From the NCBI GenBank assembly GCA_964627755.1, contig CAZVIH010000013.1, positions 2,148-66,147 on the forward strand: a stretch of 64,000 bases of DNA, read 5' to 3'. The notes under the pieces are model-generated. The model was not told the origin of the DNA and ran no database searches. It saw only the letters and a list, made by a program, of their open reading frames with translations. Positions 27,874 to 37,300 of this stretch are shown piece after piece. The translations under genes were made by a program, and so were the position numbers. The first letter of the stretch is position 1. Every line of letters starts with the position of its first letter. The DNA comes from an uncultured Anaerolineales bacterium (lineage in GTDB: Bacteria; Chloroflexota; Anaerolineae; Anaerolineales; UBA11858).

Positions 27874-28206
27874 TCAGTCCAGCTCCTTTAATGCGTTATG
27901 GAGGTCTCGCAGCAGGAACATATCTGGAAGTGTATATTCTGCCTGTGAGGCAAACTTAAGCGCATTTTCAACGCTGGTCAGGGGGGTTTTATCCTCAAGT
28001 AATGTCAGCCGATTCAGAGCCCAATCCAGATCACCTTCCTGGTGATAGACTTCAGCCACCATCAGGGTGTAATCGGTTTTGTAGTCGATTCGTAAGCTGT
28101 CCAGGGTTGTATCCTGATAACTGACCGGATTGATCACCCAGCCATATACCAGTCCCAGCCCCAGGCCAAGCAGCAGAATTAGGATAAACAGGGTCCAACG
28201 AGACAT
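27874..28206 (-). CDS. Membrane-anchored protein, unknown function (short paralogue)
   Basis: The TM helix plus LGLGLVYGWVINPVSYQDT...LRIDYKTDY aligns with LALGLIYAWVISPISEVDT...LRDDYKDIY of the downstream gene. Confidence 0.6.
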   Translation of the reverse strand: MSRWTLFILILLLGLGLGLVYGWVINPVSYQDTTLDSLRIDYKTDYTLMVAEVYHQEGDLDWALNRLTLLEDKTPLTSVENALKFASQAEYTLPDMFLLRDLHNALKELD

Positions 28207-28350
28207 AAATCACCTTTTGAAAAATCTTTCCTAATTGTGCCATAGAGGGCTAGAACGGACAAGCCATCCTATTTGAAATGGTGCGAAAATATCCCTAAAC
28301 AGGCCAATTATCAACATAATTAAGGTTTTATTAATCTTGCAGGCCGTTTA

Positions 28351-28379
28351 TTGACTTGAGTTGTGGCTGATGATATAGT
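28351..28379 (+). promoter_or_regulatory. Sigma-70-like promoter candidate for the M23 peptidase gene
   Basis: TTGACT, a 17-nt spacer, then TATAGT. The ATG lies 20 nt downstream. Confidence 0.45.
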
Positions 28380-28398
28380 TGTCCCGGAGGATTGAAAA

Positions 28399-29595
28399 AT
28401 GGAAAATCACCACCAGGATGATCAACTGGAAGACAATAATGATGAGCAGGAATACGGGTTGTTTTCTCCCCTGAGAGATCTTATCCGAGGTCTGCTGGAA
28501 GGAGAGAATGGACGTCGGATATTGACAATCGGCGGAGTGTTCTTGTTAGTTGTGGTTGTTATTGTTGTTATCAGAGCTATTAATCCCCAGTCACAGGGTT
28601 TACAGCAGGCACTCCCTATATTAACAGACCAGACCTCAGCTGAGGGATCCGCTGCAAACCAGACAGAAAACCAGGGTGTCCTGGAAATGCCCAGTTTTGT
28701 TCAGGATCAAACCTCCCTTGCGCGGGGTATTCACCGAGCAGCTGTTATTCACACCACAATCCCAACCAGGTCCAGGGAGGATGTGCTGCATTATGTGGTT
28801 GAGCAGGGCGATTCCTTATTTGCTATCGCTGATAATTTTGGTTTAAAACCTGAAACGGTTCTGTGGGGAAACTTTGACACCCTTGCTGATAATCCCCATA
28901 CTCTCCAACCAGGGCAGGAATTGAATATCCTACCGGTAAACGGCACTTACCACGAATGGCGGGATGGGGAAAACCTGAACAAAGTAGCTGATTATTACGG
29001 GGTGGACCCGCTGGATATTATTCAATATCCAGGCAACCAGATCGATATCTACGATTTTGATCTGGATAATCCATCTTTCGAAGCGGGGCAGATGTTGATC
29101 GTTCCAGGTGGCACGAGGGAGCTAGTGGACTATGGTCCGCCAGCTATCACCAGGGATAACCCAGCCATTGCTGCCACCTACGGTCCAGGCCACTGCGGCA
29201 CAATTTACACTGGATCGGTGGGCGTGGGCGTTTTCCTTTGGCCTACAACAGAACGTTGGATATCGGGCTACGATTACAATCCGGGAGCCAATCACCCAGC
29301 CATTGATATTGCCGGAAGTATTGAGAATCCCGTCTGGGCTTCCGATAACGGAGTGGTTGTCTATGCTGGATGGAGCAACTACGGCTACGGCAACCTGATT
29401 GTGATTGACCATGGCAACGGTTGGCAAACCCTCTATGCCCACTTGAACTCGATCAATGTTGGCTGCGGACAAAGTGTTAACCAGGGCCAGAGAATAGGCG
29501 GGTTGGGAACCACCGGAAATTCCTCCGGAGCCCACCTGCACTTTGAAATGATCTATGTAGGCAACAAGGTGAATCCCTGGAACTTCCTGCAGTAA
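28399..29595 (+). CDS. LysM-domain M23 family (lysostaphin-type) peptidoglycan endopeptidase
   Basis: TM anchor and LysM-like segments (YVVEQGDSLFAIADNFGLKPE; HEWRDGENLNKVADYYGVDP). M23 metal motifs HPAIDIAG and SGAHLHFE. Confidence 0.85.
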   Translation: MENHHQDDQLEDNNDEQEYGLFSPLRDLIRGLLEGENGRRILTIGGVFLLVVVVIVVIRAINPQSQGLQQALPILTDQTSAEGSAANQTENQGVLEMPSFVQDQTSLARGIHRAAVIHTTIPTRSREDVLHYVVEQGDSLFAIADNFGLKPETVLWGNFDTLADNPHTLQPGQELNILPVNGTYHEWRDGENLNKVADYYGVDPLDIIQYPGNQIDIYDFDLDNPSFEAGQMLIVPGGTRELVDYGPPAITRDNPAIAATYGPGHCGTIYTGSVGVGVFLWPTTERWISGYDYNPGANHPAIDIAGSIENPVWASDNGVVVYAGWSNYGYGNLIVIDHGNGWQTLYAHLNSINVGCGQSVNQGQRIGGLGTTGNSSGAHLHFEMIYVGNKVNPWNFLQ

Positions 29596-29620
29596 ATTTT
29601 TGAACTTTAGAGTATATCAA

Positions 29621-29651
29621 AGCAAGGTACGGCTCTGTACCTTGCTTTTTG
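29621..29651 (+). terminator. Rho-independent terminator
   Basis: GCAAGGTAC-ggctct-GTACCTTGC followed by TTTTTG. Confidence 0.75.
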
Positions 29652-29690
29652 TTACAATAAGGTAATTATCCAATACCTGGTATTTCAATA

Positions 29691-31157
29691 ATGAACCTAA
29701 ACCAGAAGTCGCATCACGCTCTATTCGTAATAATTATCTTCGCTCTTTTGACTGGTTCCTGTAATCAGATTTCCTTCAACGATTCAGCCCTTGAGTCGAC
29801 ATCTGTACTGGTTCAAACTATCCCCCCGGCGACGCTAACGGCCATCAGCGCTGCAGCGGAATCCAGCCAGACGCCTGTCCCTGAACCAATGGGTTTGCCT
29901 TGGACCTCCGTTGAAGGGCTGAAATTGGATTTTTGGTACGTATGGGATCTGGACCGACCGGGCACAGGGATGAATGTGATCGTGGATCGGTTTAATCAAG
30001 AAAATGAATGGGGCATTGTAGTTAACCCTGTAGACCAGGGTTTAGTACTGGACCCCCTGGATTCTTTGGAGACGGCCTTTGAAGCAGGGCTTGTGCCTCA
30101 CCTCCTGCTCAGTGATGCTCCCGCAATTGTCAGCTGGTATCAGGATGGCCTGACACTGGACCTGAAACCATTCCTGGATGACCCGGCTGCAGGTTTATCT
30201 GTCAAAGAACAGAAGGATTATTATTCTGGGATTTTTGATGGATTTCACATTGGGGAATCCATCATTCCAGGGCTTCCCTTTTCGCAGGCCATCCAGGTAA
30301 TCTATTACAACCACAGTTGGGCGGGGGAGCTGGGTTATTCCTCCCCTCCAAATACAGCGAAAGATCTGCAGAATCAAGCCTGCTCCGCTGCTGGCGATCG
30401 GGAATTATCGGAGAGTTCTCTTGTCCAGGCAACCGGGATCCTGTTGTCACCTGAAGCGGCTAATATCACGTCCGCGATCTATGCCTACGATGGTAATTTT
30501 CTCGACCCGGAAGGAGATGAGTACCTTTTTTCCACCCCCGAGATCCAGCAGATTGCTGAGGATTGGCAAGGTTTGCTCCGGGATGGATGTGGGATGACAT
30601 TTTACACGTATCCGAACCCACTATCAAGTGAGTTAGCCTTTGAATATTTCAATCAGCGTAAGACCCTGATGATGGTGGGCTCTTCCCAGATGATGAGCTA
30701 TGTTAATCCAGGAGCAAACCAGACCGGCAGAGCTGATCAATGGGAGATGATCCCATTTTTAGGTCCGGAAGGGAATAAAGCAGTCTCTTCAGAGATCCAA
30801 TCGATCGTGATCTTTAATACCTCTCCAGAGGAAGAACTGGCATCCTGGTTGTTTTTAAAATACCTGACTTCCCCCGAAGTGCAGGCAGAATGGGCCCAGT
30901 ACAGTAGATATTATCCGACTCGAAAGAGCAGCATGCGTTTATTACGAGACTTCCGGGTCGAGAACCCCCATTGGTCCCAGGGTTTGAATTTGCTGCAATA
31001 CAGCACCGGGATCCCGCTGGATCCAACCTGGAATACCGTAAAATTAGCTGTAGGTGATGCTTTTGAAGGAATTCTTATCGATGGAACCCTGGATGTGGAG
31101 CAGCAGTTGGCGGAGCTGGATCAACTAGCCGCAGAATTAAGGGAATATTCCCGGTAA
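29691..31157 (+). CDS. Lipoprotein, probable ABC-transporter extracellular solute-binding protein (orphan)
   Basis: Lipobox LLTGSC and a size and pattern compatible with family-1 SBPs. There are no adjacent permease or ATPase genes. Confidence 0.5.
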   Translation: MNLNQKSHHALFVIIIFALLTGSCNQISFNDSALESTSVLVQTIPPATLTAISAAAESSQTPVPEPMGLPWTSVEGLKLDFWYVWDLDRPGTGMNVIVDRFNQENEWGIVVNPVDQGLVLDPLDSLETAFEAGLVPHLLLSDAPAIVSWYQDGLTLDLKPFLDDPAAGLSVKEQKDYYSGIFDGFHIGESIIPGLPFSQAIQVIYYNHSWAGELGYSSPPNTAKDLQNQACSAAGDRELSESSLVQATGILLSPEAANITSAIYAYDGNFLDPEGDEYLFSTPEIQQIAEDWQGLLRDGCGMTFYTYPNPLSSELAFEYFNQRKTLMMVGSSQMMSYVNPGANQTGRADQWEMIPFLGPEGNKAVSSEIQSIVIFNTSPEEELASWLFLKYLTSPEVQAEWAQYSRYYPTRKSSMRLLRDFRVENPHWSQGLNLLQYSTGIPLDPTWNTVKLAVGDAFEGILIDGTLDVEQQLAELDQLAAELREYSR

Positions 31158-31192
31158 TAGGATCATAATCATAATAAAACATAAGGAAGGTT

Positions 31193-31642
31193 ATGGCTAA
31201 GATTCCGCAAGTGACCATTTACACAGATGGTGCCTGTTCGGGTAACCCGGGGCCCGGGGGTTGGGGCGCCCTGCTCAGGTTCGGAAATTTCGAAAAGGAA
31301 CTATCTGGATCAGCCAAAGAAACCACAAATAATCGGATGGAGATCACGGCCGCGGTAATGGCCTTTCGGGCTCTTAAGGAACCCTGCCAGGTGGATATTT
31401 ACACAGATTCTGAATACTTGAAAAAGGGAATTACAGATTGGATCCATAACTGGAAAAAGCTTGGCTGGCGGAGAGGGTCACCTGGAAAGACTAAACCGCT
31501 GGCCAATGCTGATCTCTGGAAGGAGTTGGACCAGGCGATCATTGATCACCAAATATCATGGCATTGGGTGCGGGGGCATACCGGCCATACTGAAAACGAG
31601 CGGGTCGATAACCTGGCTGTATCGGCAATGAAAAACCGTTAA
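31193..31642 (+). CDS. rnhA: Ribonuclease HI
   Basis: [27 protein letters not shown] and [14 protein letters not shown], which together contain the DEDD catalytic residues. Confidence 0.9.
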   Translation: MAKIPQVTIYTDGACSGNPGPGGWGALLRFGNFEKELSGSAKETTNNRMEITAAVMAFRALKEPCQVDIYTDSEYLKKGITDWIHNWKKLGWRRGSPGKTKPLANADLWKELDQAIIDHQISWHWVRGHTGHTENERVDNLAVSAMKNR

Positions 31643-31697
31643 AACCCGCTAACCAGGGGGAAGCTGAAGGTCTTCTCTCTACGGTATAATCCTGAAT

Positions 31698-32030
31698 ATG
31701 GAAGCGTCAAGAGTGCAAATTACAGAAGAATTACTGTTGGCAAAACAATCCCGCCTGGAAGGCAATGAAGGCCGGGCCAGGGTTTGTGCCCGCCGAGCGG
31801 CCGCGGCCGCTGTTAAGGATTATCTCGATAAAAAAGGAAAAACCCAAAACCAGGAAAATGCCATCCAATCACTGCTGATTTTGAGGCAATTGGAAAAAAT
31901 ACCTACCCGGGTTCAAGAGGCCCTTGATTGGCTGGTTCAGCGGGTGAACATGGATCACAATATGCCTCCTGAAGTGGATTTAATCCACGAGGCCGAGTTA
32001 GTCATTCAGTATATCGAAGCAGATGAATAG
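31698..32030 (+). CDS. Small helical hypothetical protein
   Basis: 110-aa ORF whose stop overlaps the start of the M1 peptidase gene by 8 nt. No family recognised. Confidence 0.45.
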   Translation: MEASRVQITEELLLAKQSRLEGNEGRARVCARRAAAAAVKDYLDKKGKTQNQENAIQSLLILRQLEKIPTRVQEALDWLVQRVNMDHNMPPEVDLIHEAELVIQYIEADE

Positions 32031-33567
32031 AAAGATCCCTCAACCCCCCAAATCCAGGAAGATTTTCAGGAAAATTCCTGTCTGGTTGATATTGCTTGGG
32101 TTGATCCTGACTGCCTCAGGTTGCAGCCAGACAGAAACACCCGTGGTGTATACTAGCACTCCACCTGCACCAACAATTCCTCTCTCCTCCCCTACAGTTC
32201 AAGAAGATTTCCAACCCACCTTTACCCCAGAAGAGACCCCTCAATCACGGCCTGTTCCACTCGAGATACCTCAATATTCTCTTGCGGCGGTATTTGATTA
32301 TCCAAACCAGAGGGTGGTCGTTGAAGAAAAAATTCTCATTCCCCATCCTGCAAATTACCTGCTGAATAACATCGATCTGGTTGTCCCGCCAAACACCTGG
32401 CCGGGTGTATTTTCCATCCAGGAAATTTCCGCGGGAGATTTACCTGTTGATGGATATGATACTAGCGGTGTAATATTGCGGATTGATTTTGGCAGCCCGG
32501 GTTGGCAGCCTGGGGAGAATCTTGATCTCCAAATCCAATTTTCCCTCGACCTTCCGGAGCAGAACGCTCGAGAAGGATTTGGACCTTCTCCATTCGGATA
32601 CACTACCCTTCAGACAAACTTGGTGGATTGGTATCCGATGGTAGCTCCCTATCAAGAAGATCTGGGTTGGGTCATTCATGAACCCTGGTTATTTGGAGAA
32701 TACCTGGTTTATCCTGCGGCCGATTTTGAGATCAGCCTGGAGCTGGGCACACCGGGTCTAATAGCAGCCGCCAGTTCTGCTCCTTTGAACGAGGGAACCC
32801 CCTTGTTGTATTCTCTGGAAGCTGCCAGGAATTTTGTATTCTCTATCAGCCCGGCCTACACTGTCCTGGAAGAAGACCTGAACGGGACCAGGGTGATGGG
32901 TTATATCTTCCCTGGATATCAGGTTCCCGGCCAGGCAGCTTTTGATGCTACGGTTGAAGCGCTTAAATTATATTCCGAATTATTTGGACCTTATGACCAA
33001 CCCAGTTTGTCCATGGTCCAGGCCGATTTTAATCATGGGATGGAATATGAGGGTTTGTATTTTCAAAGCCGGGGATTTTTTGATACCTACGGCGGTTCCG
33101 AAAAGAGTTATTTGGTGACGATCGCTGTTCATGAAACAGCCCATCAATGGTGGTACGGGCGTGTGGCCAACGACCAGGCCCTGGAACCCTGGCTGGATGA
33201 AGCCCTGTGCACTTTCAGTGAATTGGTTTATTATGAACAGCTCTATCCCCAGTCCGCAGATTGGTGGTGGGCGACGCGGGTCAACTTCTATGAACCTTAT
33301 GGACGGATCGACCGGCCTATCTATGGTTTTCAAGACTTTGTTGACCAGTATTTGAATTACCGCAACGCAACCTATTTACAGGGGGCGAAATTCATGGCTG
33401 CTCTGAAAAATGAGCTGGGGGATGAGAAGTTTTACTCCTTTTTACGGGAATATGCAGCCAGATATCAGGATCAAATTGTCACCGCTGAGGACTTTTTCTT
33501 ATTGCTGGGTGAGTATCTGGACCTCGATAGTTTGACGTGGCTGGGGGACTATTTTGAGCTGGAGTGA
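32023..33567 (+). CDS. M1-type (gluzincin) metallopeptidase lipoprotein
   Basis: Lipobox LTASGC. HETAHQWWYG followed by EALCTF, giving the HExxH-x18-E zinc motif. Confidence 0.75.
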   Translation: MNRKIPQPPKSRKIFRKIPVWLILLGLILTASGCSQTETPVVYTSTPPAPTIPLSSPTVQEDFQPTFTPEETPQSRPVPLEIPQYSLAAVFDYPNQRVVVEEKILIPHPANYLLNNIDLVVPPNTWPGVFSIQEISAGDLPVDGYDTSGVILRIDFGSPGWQPGENLDLQIQFSLDLPEQNAREGFGPSPFGYTTLQTNLVDWYPMVAPYQEDLGWVIHEPWLFGEYLVYPAADFEISLELGTPGLIAAASSAPLNEGTPLLYSLEAARNFVFSISPAYTVLEEDLNGTRVMGYIFPGYQVPGQAAFDATVEALKLYSELFGPYDQPSLSMVQADFNHGMEYEGLYFQSRGFFDTYGGSEKSYLVTIAVHETAHQWWYGRVANDQALEPWLDEALCTFSELVYYEQLYPQSADWWWATRVNFYEPYGRIDRPIYGFQDFVDQYLNYRNATYLQGAKFMAALKNELGDEKFYSFLREYAARYQDQIVTAEDFFLLLGEYLDLDSLTWLGDYFELE

Positions 33568-33611
33568 TAATTAAAATAAAAACAGGCTGGAATGGGTACA
33601 TAAGGAAAAGG

Positions 33612-33635
33612 AGCCGGATACTCTTGGGTCCGGCT
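33612..33635. terminator. Hairpin between convergent genes (bidirectional terminator candidate)
   Basis: AGCCGGA-10 nt-TCCGGCT, flanked by an A-run on the + strand (a T-run on the - strand side). Confidence 0.45.
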
Positions 33636-33648
33636 GAAAAAAATCCGA

Positions 33649-34302
33649 CTAGTTGCTGTCAATAATTCCATACTCCACCGCAAATTTGATTAACTCTGTC
33701 AGATCATTCAGGCCGATTTTTTTCATCAACCGACTGCGGTAGGTACTGACTGAACTCACGGAAAGATTCAACAGCCCGGCGATAGCCTTGCTTGATTTTC
33801 CTTCTGCAACCAGCTGCAGGATCTGTCTTTCCCGGGAGCTGAGTCTGTCCAGGGGATTGGTATGCTCTTCCCCATTCCTTTTTATGAAGTAATCGTCGAT
33901 CACCGTATCGGTTAATTGGCTGCTTATATAGCGTTTTCCCTCTGAGACGGCTTTGATGGCATCAATGACTTCCATCACAGAAGATTCTTTAATCAGATAA
34001 CCACGGACGCCGGCCTGAAAAGCCTGGTAAATATGTTCCTTAGTGGCTGACATGGATAACATAATCACCTGGATACTGGGCTGGTCGATCAGGATCTGCC
34101 GGGTAGCTTCCACACCATTGAGTTCAGGCATATTGATATCCATCACCACTATATCCGGTTTCAGTTGGGGGCAGAGCCGGACCACTTCCCGGCCGTTTTC
34201 CGCCTGCCCCACAACCTTGATACCTGGATCTTGATCCAAAATGACGCTCAGGCTTTCGCGCAGAACTTGATGGTCGTCTGCCAGGATGACTTTGATTTCC
34301 AT
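33649..34302 (-). CDS. NarL/FixJ (LuxR-type HTH) response regulator
   Basis: Receiver motifs (ILADDH, VVMDINMP, IMLSM, GYLIKE) plus a C-terminal LuxR HTH (LSSRERQILQLVAEGKSSKAIAGLLNLSVSSVSTYRSRLMKK). It lies 3 nt downstream of the kinase gene. Confidence 0.9.
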   Translation of the reverse strand: MEIKVILADDHQVLRESLSVILDQDPGIKVVGQAENGREVVRLCPQLKPDIVVMDINMPELNGVEATRQILIDQPSIQVIMLSMSATKEHIYQAFQAGVRGYLIKESSVMEVIDAIKAVSEGKRYISSQLTDTVIDDYFIKRNGEEHTNPLDRLSSRERQILQLVAEGKSSKAIAGLLNLSVSSVSTYRSRLMKKIGLNDLTELIKFAVEYGIIDSN

Positions 34303-34305
34303 AAT

Positions 34306-37300
34306 TTACTCTCTTGACACACGGATGATCAGCTTGGTTCCAGATCTTGGTGCCGACTGAATTTCCAGGCTGCCCTGGATCAGGCCTACCCGTTCAGTCA
34401 TATTAACTAATCCCCAGCCCCGTCCGTCTTCATGACTCCGCAGAGCCAGGGAATCAAATCCAATACCATTATCTTCAATGGTCAGTACAACTTCATTCTT
34501 GGAGCTGGTTAAAGACACTTGAACCCTGGTCGCCCCTGAATGCTGGGTAATATTGGTAAGTGCTTCTTGTGTTATTCTGAATAAGGTTAATTCTTTGTTT
34601 CTTTCCAACCGGGGAGTTAGTTTAACTCCTGAAAGCGAAGTCTTTACTCCGGTCCTGTCGCTGAATTTATCAAGGCTCCAATGCAGGGCAGCCTGGAGGC
34701 CGTAATCATCCAAAATAGACGGGCGCAGATCATTCATCACATCCCGGATGCTGCCGGTCACCTCAAGAAGGATGTTATGGGTTTTATCCACCTGGTTGAG
34801 ATCGATCTCCCTTTTCTTTTGATACTGGTCTTTGATCTGGTTGAGATTAAAACCCAGCAGCGCCAGGTTTTGGCCAACCTGATCGTGCAGTTCCCGCGCC
34901 AGCCGGCTGCGTTCCTTCTCTTCCGTCTCTACGATTTGGGCACTGAGGATCTCCAACTCCACGGTTCGGTTCTGGAGTGTTTCTGCAATCTGGGCATTCT
35001 TTAAGGCTGTGCTGGCCTGATTGGCAAACAGGCCGATCGGGACAACATCTTTTTCTCTTAGATCAGAACCGAACACAATTAACATTCCTAGCGGCTGGTC
35101 TTTGGCCAGCAGGGGTGCGGCAATAACGTATTTAAGATCAAAGAGTTCTTTTGATTTTATAATCAGACCCCGGGAGATCCTGGGCAGGGCTTCCTTGAGC
35201 ATTTCATTATTGATGGGTTCCAGGATGGTCTTTTTACTTGCCAGGATTTTATTAAAGTATCCTTCCGGTTTTAGTTTGAAGTGGTAATCGGAGGGGTTTA
35301 CTCCGATTATTTTAGAGATGTGATTCATAAGTCCTTCCCCATAGGAAAGATACTTCTGCTCGATTTCAGATCCATCTTCCGATAACATCAAGATAGAGAT
35401 ATTAAATCCCAGTTGGCTGATCTCATCTCCAATCCTCTGATAGATCTTCTCTTTCTGGAGTATATCCTGGACTTCCCGGGCTGCCTGACTGAGGCCGACC
35501 AGCAGCAGCTGATTTTTCTCCAGATCTTCCTGGATCTGGATTTCCTCGCTGATATCCTCCCCGGAACTCAAGACACCACTGAATAAACCCTGACTATCTT
35601 TGAGAATGGAATTATGCCAGCGGATGATCCTTTCTGATCCGTCTTTTCTTAGAACTCGATTTACAGCCGGGATGAGAACCGACTCATCCTTATCTTGCAG
35701 GGTCAAAAGAAATTCCCTGACAACATCTTTGGTGTCTTCTGGCAGACAGACCTCAAACCAGTTTTTTCCCACCAGCTCACCGGGTTTGTATCCCAGCAGT
35801 CGATGACCGCTGGGATTGAGCATTACGATATTCCCCTGCCGGTCAAGGGATATAATGATCTCGGCTGCAATATTGAGGTACCGCTCAGCGATCTCTTTGC
35901 TCTCCCGGATGGCATTCTCGGCCTCTTTACGATCGGTGATATCTTCTCCGGAGCTGAATATCCCCTCAATCTCTTCCTCTTCATTCTTCAGAACGGAATT
36001 GTGCCAGGCGATCATACGCCGGGATCCATCCGCCCGGATGATCTCGTTTTCATAATATTCGGATTGTTCTTCCTCTCCAGAGATGATCCTGTTAAAAACA
36101 TCTTTTACTTCATCAAGGTTTATGGGATCCAGGAACTTATTGAACCAGTTCTCGCCAACGATCTGATCTTCAGAATACCCGAGGATCTCACAGCCTTTAG
36201 GATTTATGGTCTGCACCCGCTGTTTTTTATCCAGCACCAGCAGCATGATGTCCGCCACATCAAGGTACTGCTGGGTGCGCTTTTGGTTCAAGCGCAGCGT
36301 GGATTCGATTTCTTTCAGGCTGGTAATATCTTTGGTAATCCCGACCAGTTCTGTGACCTTGCCTGTTTCATCCTGCAAGGTTCCCAGGGATAACAAAACC
36401 TCAATTCCCTGACCCTCTTTGTTGAGCAGAGTCAGTTCCTGATTGGGAATTTTTTTACCTTCCAGGAGTTCAGTGATAAATTTTTCCAGAAAGAGATGAT
36501 CCTTTTTTTGATAGAGTTTGGTGATAGATTGCCCGAGAATTTCTTCGCTGGTATAACCGTAGATATATTCTGCCCCCTGATTCCAGAGCGTGATTATCCC
36601 GGAGGGGTCGGTTGTGATCACAGCATCTGAAGCCGAGTTGATGATGTAATTGCTTTTTCTCAGGGTCTCTTCAGTGAGCTTGCGTTCCGTAATTTCTTCA
36701 GACATCACCAGCACCATCTGCTCATCCTCGTCAGGAAGTTTGATGGGAGTCATGCGGGTTGAAAACCAGCTTTCCCTATTGGGAGAGACATGGTGGTCTT
36801 CAAACAGGAGTTCTTTCCCGGTCTGGATTACCTGGTTGATACGCTGCAGAGTAGGCTGATGGTTTTCTGGCAGGTAATCAGCCAAGAGATGGCCTCGGCA
36901 CTCCTCCGCAGAATGCCCTAAGTTGGCAGCAGCTTTCTGGTTGAGCAGTCTGATCCGGGCATCACGGTCATAGACCAGAGTGGGGTATAGGAGAGAATCA
37001 AAGAGCTCCCGGTAGCGTTTTTCGCTTTGCGCAAGTGCATTCAGAACTTTTTTGCGTTCTGTGATATCCTCGAGAATTACCTGCAGGGTGTTAGTGCCAT
37101 CCAGCCGGAGAGTGCTTATTCTTGCTTGTCCTTCTCTGACCTCCCCGGAGGCATGTTTCCACCTGAATTCAGTGTTATCTCTAATCCTGCCGCTCAGAGC
37201 TTCCATAACGGCTTTTTTATAAAAACCACGTTCCTGTTTTACCAGCGTCGGTATTTTCAGGATATATTTATCCAAAAAATCTTCCTTCTGGAAACCAGTC

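Noticed and set aside
35695-36393. Long antisense ORFs inside confirmed genes. Examples: 232 aa at 35695-36393 opposite the giant kinase, 188 aa at 6627-7193, 178 aa at 9817-10353, 158 aa at 2477-2953, and 152 aa at 55872-56330 and 48749-49207.
   Set aside because: Each lies fully within a longer ORF on the other strand that carries clear family motifs. Their translations are low-complexity or Arg/Ser/Pro-rich with no motifs and no SD. They are typical shadow ORFs.
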